DNA of 64,000 nucleotides from an uncultured Acidobacteriaceae bacterium. GTDB taxonomy: Bacteria > Acidobacteriota > Terriglobia > Bryobacterales > Bryobacteraceae. Position 1 is the first letter of the stretch. Each line of letters opens with the position of its first letter. Of the stretch, positions 33,953-44,164 are shown in pieces. The notes under the pieces are model-generated. The model had not been told where the DNA came from and did no database searches. It saw only the letters and a list, made by a program, of their open reading frames with translations. Both the position numbers and the translations under genes were made by a program. The stretch is from contig CAVXKZ010000008.1 in NCBI GenBank assembly GCA_963762495.1, forward strand, positions 121,204-185,203, given 5' to 3'.

Positions 33953-35353
33953 CTAAGAAGTAGAGTCTTCCACTGGTGGTCTGGGCCACATCTCGCGCCG
34001 CCGCTGCTCTCGTCTTCGCAACCCGGCCAGCTGTGGCGATATTACCGGAGCCGATGGCGCAAAAGCCCGTGCCGCCATTCTCCTTGCGTAAATGCGATGC
34101 GAAATACTGGCAAACGCAATCAGCAGTAGAAAGCCTACGCTCACGTCGTTGCCTGCGCCCGCAATAATGTTCTCGCCCGTCAGCCCCAGCATGAAAGCCG
34201 GCAGATAGATGAGCAGCGGCTTAGAATAGCCGAGTGGATCGATTCGGTATCCGCGCACCGCATAAACGGCTACTGAGCTGAAGAAGCTCAGCCACAAGAT
34301 CAATCCCACCAATCCCCATTCATAGATTACGCGCAGCCACTCATCATGCAAACAGCGGTTAGGATCCGGTGCGCGCGCCAGCCCGCCGACTATTGTGATC
34401 GCGTCGCTCGTTCCATGTCCAAACAGGATCTGCTCCGCGTGCGATTGCCGTAGCGCGTCCATAGCGCGCGAATCCAGTTCGCGTCTCAGCCGGTATGTGC
34501 CCAGTCCCGTACTCTTGGCGTCTCCCTCATACCCGGCCGTGATCGCATTCGCAATACGGTTCGATTTCGCTTTGCTTGCGATCATCCGCATCACCGTGTC
34601 ACCCTCCGCGACCACCACCGCAATGATGATGATCGTGAACGCGAACGAATAGATCTTGATCCATGTCTCCGCCTTGGAAATCAGCAGGGATAACAGGGTG
34701 GCAACTGTTATTCCTAATATGTAGATCCTGCTCCCATCGAAGACAACTGCGCTCGCCAGGGCTATGCACAGTGCAATTCTGATTCCCGATCGCAGCGATG
34801 TCGCGCACAGTGCCACGCAGTATAGCGCCGTCAGAAAGGCCGCAAAAGATTGCGCCGAGGCGAAGGCCGTAAATCTGTCCGGTTCTCCCCCGAACCATGG
34901 CATGAACGTGGTCTTGACAGTGGCCATTGCCAGGGCGCCTATGGCCACGGGCAGCACCGTTGCAAGGTTAACGTAGCCCGCTTTCGTCGCTCTCAAAAAC
35001 ACCAGGCAAATAATGAATGAGCCAAGCATGTGCCCGACCAGCTTGATCGCGAACATCGGGTACAGCGACCACGACGCCGCTATTCCTGCGTACACCACCA
35101 GTCCGCACCAGGCAATCGGAGCCATAACGATCTTCGAATGCCCGGCCTGATCTCTCAGACGCCAGAGAAGATACACCGGCAGAATCATCCCTTTCGCCAC
35201 ATTGAATGCTCCGATACTCGATCTCGCGGTTGGCGTTCCTAGGTCGATCGTCGATAGAACCAGGTACGCAATCAGACTCCAGCGCAGCGGAGCGAACACC
35301 GCTATGATGAACAAAATGGCGTAGAGAATGATCGGGATCAGGAGCAGGTTCAT
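33953..35353 (-). CDS. O-antigen ligase/polymerase-like (Wzy-type) polytopic membrane protein
   Basis: 466 aa, at least 10 hydrophobic segments with a large loop. Located between two glycosyltransferases in a Wzx/Wzc/Wza locus. Confidence 0.65.
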   Translation of the reverse strand: MNLLLIPIILYAILFIIAVFAPLRWSLIAYLVLSTIDLGTPTARSSIGAFNVAKGMILPVYLLWRLRDQAGHSKIVMAPIAWCGLVVYAGIAASWSLYPMFAIKLVGHMLGSFIICLVFLRATKAGYVNLATVLPVAIGALAMATVKTTFMPWFGGEPDRFTAFASAQSFAAFLTALYCVALCATSLRSGIRIALCIALASAVVFDGSRIYILGITVATLLSLLISKAETWIKIYSFAFTIIIIAVVVAEGDTVMRMIASKAKSNRIANAITAGYEGDAKSTGLGTYRLRRELDSRAMDALRQSHAEQILFGHGTSDAITIVGGLARAPDPNRCLHDEWLRVIYEWGLVGLILWLSFFSSVAVYAVRGYRIDPLGYSKPLLIYLPAFMLGLTGENIIAGAGNDVSVGFLLLIAFASISHRIYARRMAARAFAPSAPVISPQLAGLRRREQRRREMWPRPPVEDSTS

Positions 35354-36525
35354 ACAGATTGTGCGGCCGCCTCGTTAGCGCCCTCGCTCTTGACTGAATC
35401 CGCCAGACACGCGCGAATCGCCGCCTCAATCAGATCCGCAACATGCTCCGGCGTCAGTTCCAACGCTCTATCCCGCGCGCGCCCGCGCATCTGATCTAGC
35501 TTCGCCCCGGAACTGGACATCGCTCGGTCGGTCGCTCCGTACATCTCCTCCACACGGTCCGGATGGAACGTCCATCCGCTCACGCCGTCCGCCACCATCT
35601 CTTGAACGGCCTGACTGTACACGCTGCCCAGCACCGGTAAACCTGCCGCCATCGCTTCGTTTATCACCACGCCCCAGGTGTCCGCTAGCGTTGGGAAAAC
35701 AAAGATGCCCGCTTCGGCATAAACACTGGAAAGTTCCTCGTAAGTTACGTTGCCCAGAAATGAACAACGTAAATTATCCGGTAACTTCATCGCCTCAAGC
35801 GCCGGGCGCAGCCGCCCGTCTCCCGCGATAAGCAGTTCTACTCTCTCTTCCGCATGGTTCCCCGCCCAGCGGCTAAGTGCCGCCAGAAAGTGCGTGAGCC
35901 CTTTCCGTTCGATGATCTGGCCCACGTACAACAGCCGTTTCGCCGCCTCAGCGCCTCGCTCTGGTTTTGCTGCTTCGAAGCGTCTCACATCTGTCGCGTA
36001 CAGCAGCTTGAAGATCCGCTTGCGATCCACTCCTAGGTGTTCCACGTAACGCGCGCCGTTAGTGCCGAGGGCCAGAAACCCATGCGCCTGTTTCGCGATC
36101 CACTTCCGTATGAACTTACGAGCCGTTCCTCGCCCGCGTTCCGTAGATTCGTTCACTTCCGTCCAGACGATGACTTTGGCTTGACGATGAAATTTCGTGT
36201 ACAGGATCGCCGCTATTGTTCGGAAACCCATCTCTGTCGAAATCACCACCTGGGGCGAGTACTTTCTCAACTGCGCAACCGTGTCGTACGGGAAATGAAC
36301 CTCCGTAGCTTCTCTAAATCCTCTCGGATGCCGCCATTTTCCCGCGACCGTCACTGTTTTTTGCACCACCACGTCCAGGCCGCCCCAATCCAGTTGCCAG
36401 GATCGATTTGCCTCCATAGGCGTCGATAGCAGCACACGAAGCTGGCCGTGACGCCGCGCCAGAGTCTCGAGCACGGGCTTTATATAGGGCGGAATGAAAT
36501 TAGTCAGAAAAACTAACCGCGCCAT
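35350..36525 (-). CDS. Glycosyltransferase, GT4 family
   Basis: 391 aa. ...GIFVFPTLADTWGVVINEAMAAGLPVLGS motif. Confidence 0.85.
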   Translation of the reverse strand: MARLVFLTNFIPPYIKPVLETLARRHGQLRVLLSTPMEANRSWQLDWGGLDVVVQKTVTVAGKWRHPRGFREATEVHFPYDTVAQLRKYSPQVVISTEMGFRTIAAILYTKFHRQAKVIVWTEVNESTERGRGTARKFIRKWIAKQAHGFLALGTNGARYVEHLGVDRKRIFKLLYATDVRRFEAAKPERGAEAAKRLLYVGQIIERKGLTHFLAALSRWAGNHAEERVELLIAGDGRLRPALEAMKLPDNLRCSFLGNVTYEELSSVYAEAGIFVFPTLADTWGVVINEAMAAGLPVLGSVYSQAVQEMVADGVSGWTFHPDRVEEMYGATDRAMSSSGAKLDQMRGRARDRALELTPEHVADLIEAAIRACLADSVKSEGANEAAAQSV

Positions 36526-37385
36526 TCGTTCGCACCCGTCCCGTTCCCAAGATTCCTGCCTCGTCCCAGCCAGTCCGACGTGCGTAGGCCGAGTCCGCGC
36601 GCTCTATGCAGCAATCGGTTCCGGAACCGGTTCGTTGCTTTCTTTGCAGCCTCCCATACCGGCATTACCTTCCGCGCTTCGAAATCACACCCGATTGCCG
36701 CTCTCTGAAACCGCAGCGCCGGATACCAGAACCATCTCCCCTGCTCCACCGAGTGCAAATAACGGAGCACCGGTTTTAAAGCCGAGTAAAACCCCTCCCC
36801 AATGCTCCTGCTTCTCAGAGTTCCTCGCAGCTCAAAATCCCACGCGCTTTCTTCATCCCGGATCAACATCGACAAACCGGTGCGGTTCCAAATCGCCGCT
36901 TGTGCCGATACTCGGAATCGCGCCAGTCGGTGAATGACCCCTATAGCTGGGTGACCTTTCAATCGCGTTTCCGGCGGTGGATTCGGAAACAGTCGCATTA
37001 CCGTCCCGCCCAGCGCTTCCAGCGTCCGCAAATGCTCCACCACCGTCCATGTCGGCGCCCGCTCGGTTAATAGAAAATCTTCGAGTAGCAGCAGAACATA
37101 TTTCGTATCCAGCTGATTCAGAAAAAATCGCAGATTTTTACTCCACGATTCATCCCGGCCCGCATTCAGCGTTAACACTCGTGCGTCTTCATAGCGCGCC
37201 GAATTCGTTCCCAGGTACACCTTGAAAGGACAGTCTGGCCAATACCGCCAAAAAAGCGTAAAGAACGGCCGCCACAGGTCTGAGTAGAAGTCGCATGAAA
37301 CGACCAGGACAGAGCACGACGGCATGTCGCTGTTGCTGCCCGCAATCGGCTGTATGCTGCTCGACGTCACACTCGTCTCAAGCAT
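36513..37385 (-). CDS. Uncharacterised EPS-locus protein
   Basis: 290 aa, translationally coupled to both neighbours. Motif SVLVVSCDFYSDLWRPFFTLFWRYWPDCPFKVYLGTN. I do not recognise the family. Confidence 0.6.
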   Translation of the reverse strand: MLETSVTSSSIQPIAGSNSDMPSCSVLVVSCDFYSDLWRPFFTLFWRYWPDCPFKVYLGTNSARYEDARVLTLNAGRDESWSKNLRFFLNQLDTKYVLLLLEDFLLTERAPTWTVVEHLRTLEALGGTVMRLFPNPPPETRLKGHPAIGVIHRLARFRVSAQAAIWNRTGLSMLIRDEESAWDFELRGTLRSRSIGEGFYSALKPVLRYLHSVEQGRWFWYPALRFQRAAIGCDFEARKVMPVWEAAKKATNRFRNRLLHRARGLGLRTSDWLGRGRNLGNGTGANEWRG

Positions 37386-38682
37386 AAGCCTCGCCGGAAC
37401 GCATCCGGAATGGGTTCAGGCCGCGCCTCTGCAGAACGATATAGATACCAAGTGCCGCCACTAGTTGCGATGTCACTACCGCCCATGCCATTCCGTTGTA
37501 GCTGAATCTCGGGGCTAGCACGGTTGCCAGCAGCGTATTCAGTATCAACGCCGCCACCGTGACCTTCTGAAACTGCCGTTCCAGTCCTAGCACCAGCAGC
37601 CATTGGAATCCGAGCACGTTTGTCCACGCGATCATCGGCGCCCGCACGCTCAGAATCTTCAATACACCTTCCGACGGAGCGAATCCGTGGCCCAAAATGA
37701 TCGGAATGATCAGCCCTGCTCCGAACCACATGATCAGCGTCAGCCCAATACTCAGCGCCCCGATGATATACATCGAAATCGTAGTCACCCGCGCCGCTTT
37801 CGAAAGAGAGTTTTTCGCCAGTGCCGCCGCCCGTGGATACAGCACTACCGTAAACGGAGCCAGCAGCCCGACCGCCGCCGTGTTTATCTTTTCCGCGCCC
37901 GCGTAATAGCCCACCACCTGCGGCGCAGCGAACAGTCCTAAGATAAACGCGTTCCCGAGCGAATAGATGGTGTGGGCACTACGAAACAAAAACATTGCCC
38001 AGCCTTCCCGCAGCATCTGGATTCCTTCGCGGATTCGGGGCCATCCCGGTCTGTGGCGGGTAAACATCATTCCATGGCCGATGAAGAAAATCACGATTGA
38101 GGTCACGCCCGTTAGAGCGAAAATCTTCCACGCATCTTCCGGCCTGTGTACGAAGAGGAAAATTCCCGCTGCCGCTGCTATCCGTGCGGAAATATCGAGA
38201 ATAGAGGCGAGCGACACTCGCTTGATTCCGTAAAAGTAGTAAACCGGCAGGAACGCCTTGATCACTTCTGAAATGGTCGCCGTCCACAGCAACACTGGAT
38301 GCCGGTGAAAGAGCGGTACCACCTCGTAGGCCAGCCAAGCCGCTAATAGCGCCAGAACGCCCAGGATGATCTTGGCGCCGCTCACTCCCGCTATGATCTT
38401 TTCCACTTCGGCCTTGTCGGTAGACCGCGCAATTTCTCTCGTTGCGGAATAGGCGAATCCGTAATCGACAACCAGGTTTCCGTACATGGCAAACGATTGT
38501 GCCATCGCTACCAGGCCCCACTCCGCCGGGCCTAACACGCGCGAAAGATACGGCACCGTGATCAATGGCAACGCCTGGTTGGCGAAGTGAATGCCGTACA
38601 CCGCCGCCATGTCGTGGACCAGCGAAACTCGGCTCTTGAGCTGGGCCCAGATCCAGCGTGGTCCGGATTCCGGCGCGTTCAC
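37378..38682 (-). CDS. Wzx-type oligosaccharide flippase (MOP superfamily)
   Basis: 434 aa, about 12-14 TM segments. Typical polysaccharide biosynthesis protein N-terminus (...FANQALPLITVPYLSRVLGPAEWG). Confidence 0.85.
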   Translation of the reverse strand: MNAPESGPRWIWAQLKSRVSLVHDMAAVYGIHFANQALPLITVPYLSRVLGPAEWGLVAMAQSFAMYGNLVVDYGFAYSATREIARSTDKAEVEKIIAGVSGAKIILGVLALLAAWLAYEVVPLFHRHPVLLWTATISEVIKAFLPVYYFYGIKRVSLASILDISARIAAAAGIFLFVHRPEDAWKIFALTGVTSIVIFFIGHGMMFTRHRPGWPRIREGIQMLREGWAMFLFRSAHTIYSLGNAFILGLFAAPQVVGYYAGAEKINTAAVGLLAPFTVVLYPRAAALAKNSLSKAARVTTISMYIIGALSIGLTLIMWFGAGLIIPIILGHGFAPSEGVLKILSVRAPMIAWTNVLGFQWLLVLGLERQFQKVTVAALILNTLLATVLAPRFSYNGMAWAVVTSQLVAALGIYIVLQRRGLNPFRMRSGEAYA

Positions 38683-38799
38683 CCGGTCATCCCCGGCGGT
38701 TGCGCGCGAAAAAATCCCTAAACCCTTGATCGCGAATCTGAGCCGGAAGCGTTAGCGACCCATGAATCTTGCCAGCAGCGGAATCGCCGGGACAGTTCA

Positions 38800-41106
38800 C
38801 TATGCGCGCCTCGACTCGGCATAATACTTCCGGTAATCGTTGTAGTAGTAGTAACCGTGCGTCGAATGCTTGTCTACTTCGTTCAGCACCAGCCCGATTA
38901 CGTTCGCGCGTAGCCGGTTCAGCGTTGCCAGAACTGTTGCCACCGCCTTCTTGCTGGTCTGGCCCGCCCGCGCCATCACCACCACGCCATCCACCGCCGT
39001 CGCGACCTGCATTGCCTCGGCAAAGCCTAGCAGCGGGGGAGCGTCCACAAACACCAGATCGTATTCTTTCGCTGCTTCGTCCAGGATGTCGATCATCATC
39101 GACCCAACCAGGTCCGACGCGCGCCGGGACGCGGTTCCCGCTGGTAATATCGCCAACTCCGGCCAATGCTCGGTGCGCACCAGCGCATCCTTCCAGCTCA
39201 GTTCGCCCAGCAGAACGTTCGAAAGTCCCACCGCTCCGTTAAGGTTGAGCTTTTTATGGATACTCGGCCGCCGCAAATCGGCATCAATGATCAGCGTCTG
39301 CTTCCCCTGCTCGGCGTGCGCGATCGCGAGATGAATAATCGCCGTCGATTTGCCTTCTCCTGGCGCTGCGCTCGTGATCAGCAGCGACTTGACGTCCCGA
39401 TCGAAATCCGGCAACAGAATCGAATGCCGAAGTGTACGAATCGCTTCTTCGTAGGAGCCGATCCCGTCGTACGACCCGTATCCGTATCCCGCCTTCCGCT
39501 TACCTTTCCCGTCGCTCTCCGGCTCTCCATTACCGTTTCCTCCGTACCTCACCAGACCGCGGCCGTTCCCCGGATTTCCCCCGTTGCCGCCCCCCGCCTC
39601 GCTGGTCGCGGCGATCGCTTGCGACACAGGACTGATCAACCGCCTCATTTCCTTTACCGTCGGCAGCGTTCCCAAAACGCTCGTCTCGAGTGCCCGCCCT
39701 GCCTGCTCCGGATCGCGAATCGTGTTGTCCAGCACATCTGCCAGAATCGCAACGCTGATCGCAATCACCGATGAAATGACGAACGCCAGCAAAAGATTGA
39801 GGTTTCTCCTCGGAAACACTGGAGCATCCGGCGGACGCGCTTCGTCCGCAATGCGAATCGCCGTGTTCTGAAATCCCGCATTTATGCCCGCTTCCGAAAT
39901 CCGCCGTTCCAGATCGCTGTACAGAGCCTTATCCGCATCCGCATCCCGCTTGAGTTGCTGATATTGGAAAGATCGCGTGTTCAATTCGTCGTATTCAGCC
40001 TTGGTCTGCGCCACCGCCTTCTGCAGCATCTGCTCGCGGTTTACGGCCTCGGCATAATCCGTCTGCACCCGCTGTCCCACGTTGCGCTTCATCTCATCGA
40101 ACTGCCGCTGCACTTCCGTCAAGTCGTTCGCGGCCTTCCTGTACTCCTGGTGCGCCGGACCGTAGATCGATCCCACATCCGCAAGATGCTGCTTCGCCTC
40201 GTTCAGCCGGTCTTGCAGCCGGTTCAGTTCCTCGCCCTGGTTCGACACTTCAGCCGCCGCTGCCGTCCCGCTCTGCATGCCGTTGTAAGCCGCTTCCTTT
40301 CGAACGCGGTCTGCTTGCGCATTCGTGTACTCCGTGTTCAATTGCAGCAGCCGCGCCGATAAAATGTCCGTCTTCTGCTCCGGATTGATAACGCCTAGCT
40401 GCTGATCGAATTTCGCCAGCGCCATACCCGAGCGCTCCATCTTTGCCTTTAGTGAATCGAGCTGCTTCTCCATGAAGACCGACAGTGCTTGGGAAGATCT
40501 GACTCGGATCTCGAAAGTGTGCTCCAGGTACGATTGCGCGATCGCGTTCGCTACATCTGCCGCAAGCTGCGGATCCGCCGAGCGATAGCTGATATTCAAG
40601 ATGTAGGTATTAACGGGCCGCGTGACTCTCAGCTGGTTAAGATATACCGGCGCGTCCACTTTCTTCCGTGCCCGCTCGCTCCCCAGCTTCGATAGCTGGC
40701 TCTCCCGCGAGAGCAAGTTGAAACGTTCCGCCACTGGCCGCAGCACTGAGTCCGATTGAATCAACTCCATCTGCGTTGCCATGAACGCGTCGGCATCGTC
40801 GCCCGCCAGAGTTCCTTGGCTGGCTTCCTGGCCTACCACTCCAACTGGAACGCGCCGGTCGACGTCCACCTTGGTCGTCGCTTCGTAAATCGGCGTCAGG
40901 CGGGAGCAAACCAGATACGTCGCCAGCATGCACGTGGCGACGAACATCAGGATTTTCCATTTTTGCCGGAATACTACCAGCAGGTAGTGAGTCGGCGAGA
41001 CCTTCGGATGCGCGGGTTCGAATTCTGAATAGGGTGGTGGCGGAACGTACTGCGCAAGCCGCCGCGTGTCCACCAGATCGGACGCTGGCCGGTCAAGTTG
41101 CTTCAT
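38800..41106 (-). CDS. Polysaccharide co-polymerase / tyrosine autokinase (Wzc/GumC-EpsG type)
   Basis: 768 aa. Two TM helices flank a coiled-coil periplasmic domain. Cytoplasmic Walker A (SAAPGEGKST), DADLRRP, and a Tyr-rich tail (GYYYYNDYRKYY). Confidence 0.9.
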   Translation of the reverse strand: MKQLDRPASDLVDTRRLAQYVPPPPYSEFEPAHPKVSPTHYLLVVFRQKWKILMFVATCMLATYLVCSRLTPIYEATTKVDVDRRVPVGVVGQEASQGTLAGDDADAFMATQMELIQSDSVLRPVAERFNLLSRESQLSKLGSERARKKVDAPVYLNQLRVTRPVNTYILNISYRSADPQLAADVANAIAQSYLEHTFEIRVRSSQALSVFMEKQLDSLKAKMERSGMALAKFDQQLGVINPEQKTDILSARLLQLNTEYTNAQADRVRKEAAYNGMQSGTAAAAEVSNQGEELNRLQDRLNEAKQHLADVGSIYGPAHQEYRKAANDLTEVQRQFDEMKRNVGQRVQTDYAEAVNREQMLQKAVAQTKAEYDELNTRSFQYQQLKRDADADKALYSDLERRISEAGINAGFQNTAIRIADEARPPDAPVFPRRNLNLLLAFVISSVIAISVAILADVLDNTIRDPEQAGRALETSVLGTLPTVKEMRRLISPVSQAIAATSEAGGGNGGNPGNGRGLVRYGGNGNGEPESDGKGKRKAGYGYGSYDGIGSYEEAIRTLRHSILLPDFDRDVKSLLITSAAPGEGKSTAIIHLAIAHAEQGKQTLIIDADLRRPSIHKKLNLNGAVGLSNVLLGELSWKDALVRTEHWPELAILPAGTASRRASDLVGSMMIDILDEAAKEYDLVFVDAPPLLGFAEAMQVATAVDGVVVMARAGQTSKKAVATVLATLNRLRANVIGLVLNEVDKHSTHGYYYYNDYRKYYAESRRA

Positions 41107-41131
41107 GCGGAACTCGCGCTTTGCTCCCGAT

Positions 41132-42082
41132 CTATTTCCAAATCAGCATCCCCGATGCGGTCGAAATTCCGAAACCGGTGAGGGTCTGTAGGGTTTCGGC
41201 CGTAACTCGCCTCCCCCGGCTGTCCGGGATGTACAGAATATCGTTTGCCTCAAGCGTTACATCCGGCGACTTGCGCTGCATGATCTTATCCAAAGCGACG
41301 GGTATCTCGCTCTTGTTCCCCGCGGCGCCCTCACGCCGGAATATGAAGGCTCTCTTGGAGGAGTACGGCGCCAATCCCTCCGATAGCGCGATCGCCTTCA
41401 AAACCGTTGTCGCGGAGTCATCTTGAATCGGAAATGCGCCCGACCGCTTCACGCTCCCTACCACGTAGACCCGCCCTGCGACCGGGACTCGAATTTCTTC
41501 GCCTCCATACAGCCGCACGTTCAGTGCGGGACTCGCCTCGTCGAGCAAGCCTTTCACCGGAATCCGCTCGAGCAAGCCGCTGCCTCCACTTCCCGCTGAA
41601 GGAGGCCGGCTCACCAGAATCTCCGCTCCCGCGTCCTGGCTCAATCCTTCGGCCCGCGCCAAGGCGTCCAGCAGTCTCACATCTCCGACCGCCTGAAACG
41701 TGAGCGGATGCCGTACCGCGCCCATCACGCTCACCGGAATGCTCCGGTATTCCGCCACCGAAACTGATACCACCGGCCGAACCAGCAATTCATCTTTCAC
41801 CAGCGCCTGCGTGATCTCATCTTCGATCTGCTCCGGATATTTACCGCTCGCCTCAATCTTTTCCTTCAACAGCGGTAGCTGAAGAATTCCCTCATTCGTC
41901 ACCCGGAAATTTCGCGTCAGTTCCGGGCAATCCGCCACCGAGACCGAAAGTAAGTCGCCCGGCCCAACCTTCTGCATTGGCAGATTCGATTGCGGGTCCG
42001 CGTTCGCAGGATTCGAAACAACCGCCTGCCTCGCATTGAGCAGAACGGCACAGGTGACGAAAAAAAGAGCTACTTGTTTCAT
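41132..42082 (-). CDS. Polysaccharide export outer-membrane protein (Wza-like)
   Basis: 316 aa with signal peptide. Poly_export motif (GPGDLLSVSV...) plus SLBB-like repeats. Confidence 0.9.
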   Translation of the reverse strand: MKQVALFFVTCAVLLNARQAVVSNPANADPQSNLPMQKVGPGDLLSVSVADCPELTRNFRVTNEGILQLPLLKEKIEASGKYPEQIEDEITQALVKDELLVRPVVSVSVAEYRSIPVSVMGAVRHPLTFQAVGDVRLLDALARAEGLSQDAGAEILVSRPPSAGSGGSGLLERIPVKGLLDEASPALNVRLYGGEEIRVPVAGRVYVVGSVKRSGAFPIQDDSATTVLKAIALSEGLAPYSSKRAFIFRREGAAGNKSEIPVALDKIMQRKSPDVTLEANDILYIPDSRGRRVTAETLQTLTGFGISTASGMLIWK

Positions 42083-42372
42083 CTAGGGATCGCTACATTC
42101 GAGGAATTTCTATGGAAATTCGTTTCCGGCATCTGTCGCCCGGAATGGCGCGCTTCTCCGCTTCTCTATTCTAAGCCGAAATGCGCCGGAAGAGTTCTCT
42201 TCGGCCGAACCGTAACCGTCTGAAAACGAAGCGAAATCGCTTTTAACACATTAGACATCGACAGCCAAACAAAGTATCCGCTGCAAACCAGTACTAGGGC
42301 CTAGTACGATTATGGCGGCTTGGAACTCGGCAGTCCTGGGATATACCCCTGCAATGCAAAAATGTAAGTTTC

Positions 42373-43287
42373 GTGAACCCCAACCTCATTCACATAGAAC
42401 CGGCAGCGGTCTTACCGCACACCCGCCTTCCCGAATGGCTTCGCAAAGGCAGCACCCATTTCGAAGCTGTTCATCACCTCAAAACGCAGCTCCGCGCGCG
42501 GCGCTTACATACCGTTTGTGAATCCGCTCACTGCCCTAACATTCACGAGTGCTTCCAGCGCGGTGCCGCTACCTTCATGATCCTCGGGAATTTGTGTACC
42601 CGCGGCTGCGGTTTTTGTTCCGTCCCTAAAGGTTCTCCCGCTAAGCGGGAGTTTTCGCTCGATCCCGGCGAGCCCCGCCAGGTAGCCGAAATGGCTGCTG
42701 CACTGAACCTGCGTTACGTGGTCATCACCTCTGTCAATCGAGACGATTTGCCCGACGGCGGCTCGCGCCATTTCGCCGAAACCGTGCGCCAGGTGCGAAC
42801 CGCGCTCCCGCAAGCCCGTGTCGAAGTGCTTACTCCCGATTTTTGCGGCGATTTCGTTTCCGTTGACCGCGTGCTCGATGCCGCGCCGCACGTTTTTAAC
42901 CACAACATGGAAACCATCCGGCGCCTCTATCGTCGCGTCCGGCCGCAGGCGAATTATGAACAGTCCCTGCGCGTTCTCGATTTCGCAAAACGTTCCCGGC
43001 CCGACATCCTCACCAAGTCCGGTCTAATGGTCGGTCTCGGCGAATCACCGGACGAGGTTCATCGGCTCTTGCGCGACGTTCTGAGCGCGCAGGTGGACGT
43101 CGCCACCATCGGACAATATCTCCAACCCACGCGCCGCAATCTCCCAGTCGCGGAATACGTTACCCCGCGTCAATTCGATTCCTATCGCGATTTCGGCCTG
43201 TCCATCGGATTCAAGATGGTTTTTAGCGGTCCCTTTGTTCGCAGCTCCTACATGGCCGAGAGTGTCAGTGAAGAAGCCTGTAACTGA
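42373..43287 (+). CDS. lipA: Lipoyl synthase
   Basis: 304 aa. LHTVCESAHCPNIHECF and radical-SAM CTRGCGFC motifs. Confidence 0.95.
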   Translation: MNPNLIHIEPAAVLPHTRLPEWLRKGSTHFEAVHHLKTQLRARRLHTVCESAHCPNIHECFQRGAATFMILGNLCTRGCGFCSVPKGSPAKREFSLDPGEPRQVAEMAAALNLRYVVITSVNRDDLPDGGSRHFAETVRQVRTALPQARVEVLTPDFCGDFVSVDRVLDAAPHVFNHNMETIRRLYRRVRPQANYEQSLRVLDFAKRSRPDILTKSGLMVGLGESPDEVHRLLRDVLSAQVDVATIGQYLQPTRRNLPVAEYVTPRQFDSYRDFGLSIGFKMVFSGPFVRSSYMAESVSEEACN

Positions 43288-43397
43288 TCCGTTCGACCGG
43301 GTCACAACAGCCGCAGATTTATTTTCGCCCGCTGCACGCTATCAAGGAGTCGCCACAGCTAGGGTACGAAGCCGCGCCATGCTCCAATCGGCGCATA

Positions 43398-43793
43398 ATG
43401 ATAAACGCAGCGCCAAAGATTCTTCCCGAGCCTGAGCGTATAGCGGCCATCACGGCCATCGCAACCGCCAAGCTAAAACACAAGCACGTGGGTATCCGTC
43501 CCAACAAAGAACGCGGATTAGACTCCAGAACCACTGGCATGCTGGTGCCGCCGCAAAGCGATGCTAGTACCGGATTCGAGGAAGCGTTCGCCAGAGCCGG
43601 CCAGGCATGGCCAGATGACAAGTCCTGGGATGTTTTCGGTTCCGATGCATTCGCCGATTTTTCCGGAGACAGCTTCGCTGATGACGACCCTTGCGACACC
43701 ATCACCGGCGACGGCTGGTTCGACCATCCATACGTGTACGGCGAGTTCGCAACCATAGCCGAACCCGGTTACGAAGGCGGTTACCCGGCCTAA
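43398..43793 (+). CDS. Hypothetical acidic protein
   Basis: 131-aa ORF with GC-rich third positions. It competes with an antisense 145-aa ORF (43319..43756). The strand choice is tentative. Confidence 0.35.
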   Translation: MINAAPKILPEPERIAAITAIATAKLKHKHVGIRPNKERGLDSRTTGMLVPPQSDASTGFEEAFARAGQAWPDDKSWDVFGSDAFADFSGDSFADDDPCDTITGDGWFDHPYVYGEFATIAEPGYEGGYPA

Positions 43794-43810
43794 ACCAAAT
43801 TCGACCCGTT

Positions 43811-44164
43811 CTAAGCGTTCATATTCTGGTCGGCCTCGAATACTTGGCGAAGCTCGCACTCACCGTCGCCAGCTACGTCGAGGAATTCTTTAATCAACTG
43901 GATAGCCTCCTCCTTCGAGTTCGCCTGAAGGAGGGCGAGGCCGCCAATCACCTCCTTCGATTCGGCAAAAGGCCCATCCGTCACAGTCACCTTGCCGTTG
44001 GAGAGGCGAATCCGCGCACCGCTCGCGCTCGGCATGCAGCCCTCGGCTCCAAGCAGGACGCCGGCTTTCGTCCAGTCCTCGATTAGCTTGCCCATTGTGG
44101 CCATTTTTTCCTGGGAAGGAAGAACGCCCGTTTCCGGACTCTTATAGATGCTTACGAATTTCAT
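43811..44164 (-). CDS. YciI-family (DGPF...KE) protein
   Basis: 117 aa. VTDGPFAESKEVIGGLALL signature. Confidence 0.8.
   Translation of the reverse strand: MKFVSIYKSPETGVLPSQEKMATMGKLIEDWTKAGVLLGAEGCMPSASGARIRLSNGKVTVTDGPFAESKEVIGGLALLQANSKEEAIQLIKEFLDVAGDGECELRQVFEADQNMNA

Noticed and set aside
33870-33989. Upstream 40 codons of the GT4 ORF (start at 33989).
   Set aside because: It would overlap the Wzy-like gene by 37 nt. The canonical GT4 N-terminus MKVLQVHNFY begins at 33869.
43319-43756. 145-aa minus-strand ORF.
   Set aside because: It competes with the plus-strand 131-aa ORF, which has better third-position GC bias and a less Ser/Pro-rich composition. Neither ORF is well supported.
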